Part shown: positions 7,983-15,139 of the stretch, piece by piece | Layout: each line of letters starts with the position of its first letter | Numbering within the stretch: the stretch's first letter is position 1 | IMG/VR virus record: IMGVR_UViG_3300021400_000130 | Location: 1-64,000 of that record | Strand: one strand, 5' to 3' | DNA: 64,000 nt | Source of the DNA: a virus | Taxonomy: Duplodnaviria > Caudoviricetes | The notes under the pieces: generated by a model | Seen by the model: only the letters and a program-made list of their open reading frames with translations | Told to the model about the DNA's origin: nothing | Databases searched by the model: none | Translations under genes and position numbers: made by a program

Positions 7983-9764
7983 GTGAAAAAGTTAATCAAA
8001 GTATTTGTTGAAATTCTACTTCTTGCCTTGTGTTTTACAATTTTTGCCCCTTTAACTTTTGCTGATGTTGATGTACCAGAAATTCCTAATACAGAAGGTA
8101 TGAATGTAGACGATGCAAATGCCTTGATTGAGAAGTATAATAGTGAAGTAGACAATTATAACTCTCAAGTTCAGGAAGAGTATGAGGATCAACTTGCTCA
8201 AACCACACTTCATAATAAAGAAGAAGATCAGAAGGTCGCTGAGAATGCAGAAGAGATTGCCTCAGCTGAACAACAGAATGCTGAGATTCTTGCAGATTAT
8301 GAAGCGGCTAAAGCGGAAGCTGATGCAGTAAATGCACAAGAAGATGAGAAGGTAGAAGAGAGTCAGAAAGCTATAGAAGAAGCTAATGCTAAAAATGAGG
8401 AACTTTCTCAACAGATTGATGCAGCAGAACAGCACAATGCTGAAGAGGATCAGAAAGTTGAAAACTCACAGGCAGAACTAGCAATCATAGAGGATAAGAT
8501 TGAAGGCGACGCTGATGTTGTTGAGCACCATACAGAAGATGCGGCAGACGCTCCTACTGATTGGTCTGACACTACTCAAGATGCCAAAACAATCTCTGTT
8601 ATTTCGTCAGAAACTCCTACAGGAGATAAGATTTCTGTTATTAATATTCACACTTATATAGATGGCGATTCTATTAGTGGTAATCTGTATGAGAGTATAG
8701 ATAATGATACTTTCAAGCTTTCTCCAGAGCTACTAAAAGATGCAGTTCTTGTTGAATGGGAAACAGTAGAAATTGATGTTGATGACACTGTAGTAATAGA
8801 GAGTGAAGCTAGTTTATTTACCGATAACACAATCAGACACGAAGGAAAAAATTATAGACTTCAATCTTACTATTCTTATTTCATTAGAAATATAGAAGGA
8901 TATACTCAAGGCTATTGGCTTGCGAGTGGAATGGTTGCTATGACAGCAACAGATGTAGAATATGGTTGGGGATATGATTTTTCCACTGGCGAAGGTAAAG
9001 CTGGGGACACCTACACAATTCACTATGGAGAAACTGTAAGAAATGTTAACTATCTAGAAGATGGAGTATTAAAGACAGAACAGGTTACCGTTAGAACAAC
9101 AGATGGTGACGCTCCTAAAAATATTTTTGCTTTATTTGTATACACCTTTACTAGGTTGTGGGAAGAGCCAGTAGAATATACTCCAGAGTATGTTGAAGTA
9201 CCTACACTAGTTGATGTTCCTGAAGCATATGTACCACAGTATGTTAGTGTTGATCCTCCTACATATGTAACTGTTCCTGAAGTATATCAGCCTAATTATC
9301 TTGAAGCTCCAGATGAGCCGGTTCTTCTTACTAAGTTGGATTATCTAGCTCCAGTTGTCAATCCAGTTCCTACAGTCACACCAGCTCCCGTAGTTGAAAT
9401 TGTAGAGTCTGAAGATCTTCCTGAGGAAGAAGAAGTAAAGAATATAGAACCCGACGTTGAAATCTACGATGACCCAGAGGTTCCTCTTGCGGATATATCT
9501 CAGTCTCCGGCTTGGGCATTGATTAACTTAATTATTCTTGTTTTAACTATTTTAAGTTTAATCAAACTTGGAGATAGAGGCTATACTGTCTTTAGTCCTA
9601 TTTCTGTTATTAGTTCTTTAGTTCTATTCATACTCACTGAGAATGTATATAATCCAATGATAATGGTAGACAGATGGACAGTATGGATGATTGTTATTTT
9701 TGTAATTGCTATTCTATCAAGAGTATTTGCAAAGAAAGATAAGAAAGAATCCCTAGTAGAATAA
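7983..9764 (+). CDS. Secreted/membrane-anchored acidic surface protein
   Basis: N-terminal signal peptide, acidic coiled coil, Pro/Val/Glu repeats, EIYDDPEVPLA motif, C-terminal TM helices. Confidence 0.75.
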   Translation: MKKLIKVFVEILLLALCFTIFAPLTFADVDVPEIPNTEGMNVDDANALIEKYNSEVDNYNSQVQEEYEDQLAQTTLHNKEEDQKVAENAEEIASAEQQNAEILADYEAAKAEADAVNAQEDEKVEESQKAIEEANAKNEELSQQIDAAEQHNAEEDQKVENSQAELAIIEDKIEGDADVVEHHTEDAADAPTDWSDTTQDAKTISVISSETPTGDKISVINIHTYIDGDSISGNLYESIDNDTFKLSPELLKDAVLVEWETVEIDVDDTVVIESEASLFTDNTIRHEGKNYRLQSYYSYFIRNIEGYTQGYWLASGMVAMTATDVEYGWGYDFSTGEGKAGDTYTIHYGETVRNVNYLEDGVLKTEQVTVRTTDGDAPKNIFALFVYTFTRLWEEPVEYTPEYVEVPTLVDVPEAYVPQYVSVDPPTYVTVPEVYQPNYLEAPDEPVLLTKLDYLAPVVNPVPTVTPAPVVEIVESEDLPEEEEVKNIEPDVEIYDDPEVPLADISQSPAWALINLIILVLTILSLIKLGDRGYTVFSPISVISSLVLFILTENVYNPMIMVDRWTVWMIVIFVIAILSRVFAKKDKKESLVE

Positions 9765-9807
9765 ACTATAATGCAGTTGGCAGTCTGCATAATTACTGCC
9801 ACTATAT

Positions 9808-9885
9808 AGTTCCGTAGTGAAGTTGGTGTATCACGCCTGCCTGTCACGCAGGAGATCGCGGGTTCGAGCCCCGTCGGGACTGCCA
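9808..9885 (+). tRNA. tRNA-Asp(GTC)
   Basis: AGTTCCG/CGGGACT, CCTGC-CTGTCAC-GCAGG, CCA. Confidence 0.95.
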
Positions 9886-10177
9886 GCCAGTTGTAAGTTA
9901 TCTGTAAAACTTTCTAACTCCATTCTGAGTTATAAGTTACGAACACATGAAGTTACGAACATGAGTCAGTTGGTTTTGAAATCCTCCTGTGATTGGATGG
10001 AGAGTACCCGCCATGGAAAAACACAACTTAAAGTGGTACGAAGTGGGTTAGCGTACACAAGGTTGATTACATACCTAAAAGTAGGAGTACTGATGACTTA
10101 TTGTACTTAATATTCAGGGTTACAAATCCTACAAAGTAATCCGAAGAGGACAACTGCGTTAACAAAGTGTCATTTAT

Positions 10178-10253
10178 GGGCCTGTAGCTCAGCTGGGAGA
10201 GCGCCTCGTTTGCACCGAGGAGGTAGCGGGTTCGAGTCCTGTCAGGTCCACCA
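10178..10253 (+). tRNA. tRNA-Ala(TGC)
   Basis: GGGCCTG/CAGGTCC with G3:U70, loop TTTGCAC, CCA. Confidence 0.95.
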
Positions 10254-10439
10254 AGAAACTTATTGGTATGGATTTTATGTGTTTGTTCCGCCAATAAGAA
10301 AAAAACACTTTACGCTTAGGAAAAGGTTCAAATGTTCCTAGCAAATAAACAATAGAAATCTCGCATAGTGAAAGCGTTCTAATAAGATTTCAGCGTATAA
10401 TTCAGAAACAACCTTTCTTACTAATTAAGTAAAATATCT

Positions 10440-10512
10440 GGGTAGGTAGCACTATGGAGTGCGGGACAAAGTCCACCGCGGGAAGTTGGTTCGATTCCAA
10501 CCCTATCCACCA
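10440..10512 (+). ncRNA. Anticodon-less tRNA-like RNA with Ala identity elements (G3:U70, A73, CCA)
   Basis: GGGTAGG/CCTATCC-A-CCA, D-arm GCAC-TATGGA-GTGC, GGAC-AAA-GTCC in place of the anticodon arm, T-arm GTTGG-TTCGATT-CCAAC. Confidence 0.75.
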
Positions 10513-10637
10513 GTGTGCGTAGCTTTGAGATCGTGCACAACAACGAAAAATCCTTCTGCCAAAGGTATTGCTACACAACTTTGGGGGTACGCGTTAACAA
10601 ATAAACGTAACTAGTAGAAATATTAGTTACAAAATAT

Positions 10638-10710
10638 TGCGGGGAGAATGAGTATTCACTCTGGCCTCATAAGCCAGATTCCGTGGGTGCGACTCCCACC
10701 CCCGCAACCA
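10638..10710 (+). tRNA. tRNA-Met(CAT), initiator-like acceptor, reduced D-arm
   Basis: TGCGGGG/CCCCGCA-A-CCA, CTGGC-CTCATAA-GCCAG, T-loop TGCGACT. Confidence 0.85.
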
Positions 10711-10875
10711 AGTAGCCCAACCGCGAGAACCTGTGGAGAATCACCCGAAGGTTTGCTTGCGGGAAGATACCTTGCAGTGGCGCCTGCGCCGTTTGTTAGT
10801 CAGGGTTGAGAATGTGATCGCGACACGAAGCAGAATTGCAAGGGCTTGTCTGCTCTACAATATAAGGAATAGTAT

Positions 10876-11439
10876 ATGATTAAAGGTTTGTATAAGTGTT
10901 TTGAGCACTGGCATAAAGAGGGCACTGTTTGGTTATATAGTGATCCTCATTTTAATGATGATAAAGATCTTCTTATTCCTTTTCCAAATAGACCTTCTGC
11001 TGAAGATCAGATTAAAATGATTAATAGTAAAGTTGGTCGAAATGACCACCTTATCATTCTTGGGGACATAGGCGATATTGAATGTGCTAAGAAATTGAGA
11101 GGACACAAAGTTCTGATTAAAGGCAATCACGATTTTGGTTTGTCAAACTATGAGGGCATCTTTGAAGAAGTATATGGTGGTCCTCTTATGATAAGTGAGT
11201 CAATTATACTTTCTCATGAACCTTTAGATATAAACTGGGCGTTTAATATTCATGGACACACTCATCTTCTAAGTAAAGTAAGACCAGGTCATTTATGCGT
11301 TTGTAGTGATGTTTTAAACTATACCCCCGTTAATTTCAATCAGTTTGTTAAATCTGGCAGATTGAAGGAGATAAGACCTCTACATAGATCAACAATTGAT
11401 GAGGCAACTAAAAGGAAACAGAAAAGAAACAAGATTTAG
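10876..11439 (+). CDS. Calcineurin-like metallophosphoesterase
   Basis: SDPHF, LGDIG, KGNHD, SHEP and IHGHTH motifs. Confidence 0.9.
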   Translation: MIKGLYKCFEHWHKEGTVWLYSDPHFNDDKDLLIPFPNRPSAEDQIKMINSKVGRNDHLIILGDIGDIECAKKLRGHKVLIKGNHDFGLSNYEGIFEEVYGGPLMISESIILSHEPLDINWAFNIHGHTHLLSKVRPGHLCVCSDVLNYTPVNFNQFVKSGRLKEIRPLHRSTIDEATKRKQKRNKI

Positions 11440-11466
11440 TTGAATATAATGTCTGTTTACTATATA

Positions 11467-11610
11467 ATGTTATATGTAAAACAATTTGACTGGCTTGAGA
11501 ATTCAAATACTGTAACAGACAAATTTTATTTTCATATTCATTCAATGAATCCTGTAGGCGTTCAGAATATGCGGAATATTATTAAGCATAATGGATGGAA
11601 GGAACTATAA
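11467..11610 (+). pseudogene. C-terminal remnant of a cyclic-phosphate-processing receiver-like domain protein
   Basis: Frame reads ...DWLE...FHIHSMNPVGVQNMRNIIKHNGWKEL*; the N-terminal part is absent and the ATG overlaps the -10 box. Confidence 0.5.
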
Positions 11611-11611
11611 C

Positions 11612-11878
11612 ATGAAAACATATAATGAAAATTCTATGTTTGCTTACATCTATGGTAATCCTCATCAAACTAATATTCGTTATATTTCTAATGATAAGCT
11701 ACTTCTACAAGAGATGGCAATGGATGATTATTTTGAATTTATGTATGAACATTGGTTTGTAGACTCATATTCTAATATTCATAATATACCTTGGATTGAC
11801 CCGAAAATGTATTGGGATTGTTATGGTAACCAATCGAAACTTTATAATGTAATAGACATTTCTGATATATATATTTAA
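11612..11878 (+). CDS. Hypothetical protein
   Basis: ATG after SD GGAAGGA. Confidence 0.55.
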   Translation: MKTYNENSMFAYIYGNPHQTNIRYISNDKLLLQEMAMDDYFEFMYEHWFVDSYSNIHNIPWIDPKMYWDCYGNQSKLYNVIDISDIYI

Positions 11879-11895
11879 AAGAAGGTTGATTTAGC

Positions 11896-12216
11896 ATGAA
11901 AATGTATGACAAGAAGTCCACTAATGTAGTTGAAGCTGTCGATTTCTATTCTGACGGTACTGTTCTTGTTTATGACCCAAATCTTGGTGCTAAACAGAAT
12001 GGTAACGGTTGGGTTACTGTAAAGCGTAATCGTCTTATCCCTGCTGATTATGCTGAAATGTTTATTAGTGGTATGAGTAAGACTGAAAAGAATAAAATTA
12101 AACAACGGCTTACTCTTGTCAGTGCTTCGTGGGAAACCACAGACGGTAAAGTATTTGATCATCTTGACAACGCTGTTGAGCACGAAAAGGAATTGATAGA
12201 ATCTGAAAACAGTTGA
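11896..12216 (+). CDS. Hypothetical protein
   Basis: 106 aa ORF with AAGG SD. Confidence 0.7.
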   Translation: MKMYDKKSTNVVEAVDFYSDGTVLVYDPNLGAKQNGNGWVTVKRNRLIPADYAEMFISGMSKTEKNKIKQRLTLVSASWETTDGKVFDHLDNAVEHEKELIESENS

Positions 12217-12226
12217 TTTCTAATAC

Positions 12227-12317
12227 AAAGACGCATACAGCAATATATTTAATGGTTAAAATTTTAGACTGTCAATCTGAAGTGATACGGTTCAAATCCG
12301 TAAAATACGCGTCTTGT
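12227..12317 (+). ncRNA. YACAGCAA-stem RNA, copy 2, containing D, anticodon (GTC, Asp) and T arms
   Basis: AAGACGC/GCGTCTT terminal stem, ATACAGCAA, ATTT-AATGGTTA-AAAT, TTAGA-CTGTCAA-TCTGA, TACGG-TTCAAAT-CCGTA; no acceptor stem and no CCA. Confidence 0.8.
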
Positions 12318-12375
12318 TAATAATAGTTGATTTTAACATATTAGTTATATATAATATTCTATGTTAAATAAATAT

Positions 12376-12465
12376 GCGTCCTTAACCCGAGCGGCCTTGG
12401 GACCTGTCTTGAAAACAGTGTGTACCTGATGAGGGTATGGGGATCGACACCTCAGGGGCGCGCCA
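12376..12465 (+). tRNA. tRNA-Ser(TGA), atypical D/T loops
   Basis: GCGTCCT/GGGGCGC-G-CCA, CTGT-CTTGAAA-ACAG, variable arm, T-loop ATCGACA. Confidence 0.8.
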
Positions 12466-12478
12466 TTTAATAGATAAT

Positions 12479-12521
12479 AAAACACTCACAGCATATATAA
12501 AAGGACATAAAAAGTGTTTTG
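12479..12521 (+). promoter_or_regulatory. YACAGCA-stem element, copy 3, in the 5' leader of the Ro60-like gene
   Basis: AAAACACT-CACAGCA...AGTGTTTT-G, ending at SD GAAAGGA, 15 nt before ATG 12536. Confidence 0.65.
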
Positions 12522-12535
12522 AAAGGAAAGATAAT

Positions 12536-14059
12536 ATGAACTTTATTCATGAGATGAAAAAAACCAATGATATGAACACTCTTGTTTATACTGAAAATGG
12601 AGCTCTTGGGCATAAGAGTACGGGTAAGTATCTCCTTGACCTCAACTTCTCGGTCGCCTCTTTGCGTAGTATGAAGCCCGCAGAGATTTTTGAGAAGTTT
12701 GAAAATGCTTTCATCGAAGATCCTCGTTTGGCAATGCGTTGGCTCTTCTTCGCTCGCGATGTTAGAGGCGGTCTTGGTGAGCGTAGACTCTTCCGCATCT
12801 GCATGATGAACCTTGCTTCTAGTAATCCGGGCATGGTCAAAGCTCTTGTTACTATGATCCCTGAATACGGACGTTGGGATGATCTGTGGAGTCTTCTCGG
12901 AATTAACAAGGAAGTTGACGAAGAAATCTTTTCAGTTACTAACGATCAGCTCGTTTGTGATCTGAAAAGCTGTGACGTAGGAGAGCCTATCTCTCTTCTT
13001 GCAAAATGGCTTCCGTCCATCAATACTTCATCTAAGGAAACTCGTAACTTAGCTCACAAGTTTGTTAAGAAGTTTGATCTGACGGAGAGGGCATACCGTA
13101 TTATGCTGAGTAAGCTTCGTAAGTATCTTAAAGTTACGGAAACTCAGATGTCTAGCGGCAACTGGGACAAGATTAAGTACGAGTCTGTTCCTTCTCGTGC
13201 CAATCTTCTTTACAAAGATGCTTTCATGCGTCATGATTCAGTTCGTAGAACTAAGTATCTAGAAGATCTGAAAAATGGTACTACCAAGATTAATGCTTCT
13301 ACTCTGTTTCCTCATGACATTGTTCATATGTGTCGTAAGGATGATGAGTCAGTGGAGCAGCTGTGGAAGAATCTTCCTGATTTTGTAAAAGGAGATTCCA
13401 ATACGATTGTTGTTGCCGATGGTAGCGGCTCAATGAATTGCCCTGTCGGTTCTTCTAACATTACAGCTTGGGAAGTTGCTCATGCTCTTGCTATTTACTT
13501 TGCAGAGCGTTGCTCCGGACCTTATAAAGATAAGTATATCACCTTCTCCGCGAGACCTCAGTTTGTTAATCTTAACGGAGGCACTCTATACAATAGTCTT
13601 TATATTGCTCGTAGACATAGTGAGTGCAGTAACACTAACATTGAAGCTGTATTTGATCTCATCTTGAATACAGCTATCAGAACTAATGCAAAACAGAGCG
13701 ATATTCCTAACAATATTTTAATTGTTAGCGATATGGAGTTTGATGATGCTACTTATGGTTATTCTTGGGGACCTGATAAGTTCGACAGACCTTCGGAGAC
13801 TCTCTTTGAAACCATTCGTCGTAGGTGGGAGAACGCTGGGTACAAACTTCCTCGGCTTGTTTTCTGGAATGTAAATTCTCGTACGGGCTCTATTCCTGTC
13901 ACTGAAAATGAGCTTGGCGTTGCTCTTGTTAGTGGATTCTCTCCTGCAGTTTGCAAGATTGTCCTTAGCGGTAAGCTTGATCCTTACGGTGCTCTTGTTG
14001 ATGCCCTTATGGATATGAGATATGATCCTATTGAGGAAACAATCGAGAGATTTATCTGA
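12536..14059 (+). CDS. DUF2828-type Ro60/TROVE-like protein with C-terminal vWA domain
   Basis: TENGA..STG..LDL.F N-terminus, RDVRGGLGER, YGRWDDL, AKWLPS, vWA MIDAS DGSGSM, SDMEFD, FWNV, SGFSP. True start is 12536 after the SD; the track start lies inside tRNA-Ser. Confidence 0.85.
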   Translation: MNFIHEMKKTNDMNTLVYTENGALGHKSTGKYLLDLNFSVASLRSMKPAEIFEKFENAFIEDPRLAMRWLFFARDVRGGLGERRLFRICMMNLASSNPGMVKALVTMIPEYGRWDDLWSLLGINKEVDEEIFSVTNDQLVCDLKSCDVGEPISLLAKWLPSINTSSKETRNLAHKFVKKFDLTERAYRIMLSKLRKYLKVTETQMSSGNWDKIKYESVPSRANLLYKDAFMRHDSVRRTKYLEDLKNGTTKINASTLFPHDIVHMCRKDDESVEQLWKNLPDFVKGDSNTIVVADGSGSMNCPVGSSNITAWEVAHALAIYFAERCSGPYKDKYITFSARPQFVNLNGGTLYNSLYIARRHSECSNTNIEAVFDLILNTAIRTNAKQSDIPNNILIVSDMEFDDATYGYSWGPDKFDRPSETLFETIRRRWENAGYKLPRLVFWNVNSRTGSIPVTENELGVALVSGFSPAVCKIVLSGKLDPYGALVDALMDMRYDPIEETIERFI

Positions 14060-14097
14060 TTTCTAATAGGGAGTACATTTTAACTACTCCCTTATAT

Positions 14098-14173
14098 CCG
14101 GGCGTAACCCAGCTGGTAGGGTGCGTGGTTTGGGACCACGAGGCCGGGGGTTCAAATCCCTCCGCCCGGACCA
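14098..14173 (+). tRNA. tRNA-Pro(TGG)
   Basis: CCGGGCG/CGCCCGG, CGTGG-TTTGGGA-CCACG, CCA. Confidence 0.95.
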
Positions 14174-14174
14174 T

Positions 14175-14241
14175 AAAGACGGTTACAGCAAACTTAACTG
14201 GAATAGACTTTTAATCTATAATACCAAACCTCCCGTCTTGT
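14175..14241 (+). ncRNA. YACAGCAA-stem RNA, copy 4, with a perfect tRNA-Lys(TTT) anticodon stem-loop
   Basis: AAGACGG/CCGTCTT stem, TTACAGCAA, ATAGA-CTTTTAA-TCTAT (14203-14219). Confidence 0.78.
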
Positions 14242-14294
14242 TTTAGTTGATTTTTTGATTTATTATATTATAATAAATATGTAGAATAAAATAT

Positions 14295-14446
14295 GCCTTG
14301 GCAGCTCAGATGGTTTGAGCTCCCGACTTCAAGAGATAGCTTAACAGGAAAGCAGCGTAGCTTTAGAAACGAAGATGTAAGTGCAATTCTTACTCTCTTG
14401 GCCAATAATCGGGTGATCGTTGGTTCGAGTCCAACCCAAGGCACCA
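14295..14446 (+). tRNA. Interrupted tRNA, probably Ile(TAT), with a 75-nt insert in the anticodon
   Basis: GCCTTGG/CCAAGGC-A-CCA, normal D and T arms, CCCGA-CTT[insert 14330-14404]ATAA-TCGGG; 77 nt without the insert. Confidence 0.8.
14330..14404 (+). ncRNA. Nested tRNA-like RNA (CCA-ended, loop CTTTAGA) inside the outer anticodon
   Basis: CAAGAGA/TCTCTTG-G-CCA, TA-GCTT-AACAGGA-AAGC, T-arm GTAAG-TGCAATT-CTTAC, imperfect anticodon arm. Confidence 0.75.
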
Positions 14447-14715
14447 TATAGACATTGTAAGGATTGAAAGGTGTCAGCAATTGCAAGTTGCTATCCAGTT
14501 AATTAATAAGTGTATGCGGTTCACAACCGACTCACGTACCAGTAGTTAATCTTGCATAATACATACTGGTGGGAGTGAGCACAATTCAAACACTCGAAGG
14601 GTAGATAGGGGTAGGAGCTGTAATAGTGGTACAGCGAATGGCACACAGCGACCGATTAAATACTTAGGTCATTCCACTGGTGTGCGTGTAGAGTGCGAAT
14701 TGTGAATTAGAAAGG

Positions 14716-14964
14716 ATGTCACAGATGTACAGAATTACTTTCATAAGATTAGGAAATCATTATTACTGCACGGGATATCTTGGAAAGAACCCTGACAGAG
14801 GATTTTTTACAAAAGAGTTCCAAACTATCGAAGAAGCTGTTAAGTTCTGTGATAAACTTCCTGTTGAAGTTTACATTAAATCCTTAGATAACTTTACAAA
14901 GAAGGAAAGAATAGTTTTCAATAGAAAAAGACTTAGTGTCTGGAGACACAAGAATTCATTTTAA
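14716..14964 (+). CDS. Hypothetical protein
   Basis: 82 aa ORF near SD GAAAGG. Confidence 0.5.
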   Translation: MSQMYRITFIRLGNHYYCTGYLGKNPDRGFFTKEFQTIEEAVKFCDKLPVEVYIKSLDNFTKKERIVFNRKRLSVWRHKNSF

Positions 14965-14968
14965 ATTT

Positions 14969-15038
14969 AAAGGCTCATACAGCAATTCTTTTTTATAATG
15001 CTGACTGTTCATCTGCTAACTATAAAAACGAGCCTTGT
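14969..15038 (+). ncRNA. YACAGCAA-stem RNA, copy 5, with an Asn(GTT)-like anticodon arm
   Basis: AAGGCTC/GAGCCTT stem, ATACAGCAA, GCTGA-CTGTTCA-TCTGC. Confidence 0.75.
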
Positions 15039-15052
15039 ACTTATGTTATTGT

Positions 15053-15125
15053 AAGACCCATACAGCAACTTATCTATTATATAATTATTGTAAATTATTG
15101 AATTAGATCGGAAATCGGGTCTTGT
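15053..15125 (+). ncRNA. YACAGCAA-stem RNA, copy 6, with a possible Tyr(GTA)-like loop
   Basis: AAGACCC/GGGTCTT stem, ATACAGCAA, TAATTA-TTGTAAA-TTATTG. Confidence 0.72.
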
Positions 15126-15139
15126 TTTTTAAAGTTAAT

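Noticed and set aside
9949-9964. Short direct repeat AAGTTACGAACA (two copies, ~9930-9961)
   Set aside because: Only two copies; looks like a local duplication with no supportable function.
12437-12535. N-terminal extension of the Ro60-like ORF in the track
   Set aside because: Starts inside tRNA-Ser(TGA); the SD and family N-terminus support ATG 12536.
14330-14404. Group I or BHB-type tRNA intron
   Set aside because: Only 75 nt, no group I core or bulge-helix-bulge visible; it folds as a tRNA instead.
4399-14486. Short ORFs overlapping tRNAs (4399-, 5341-, 6414-, 9817+, 10067-, 14268-)
   Set aside because: Translations of tRNA sequence, not proteins.
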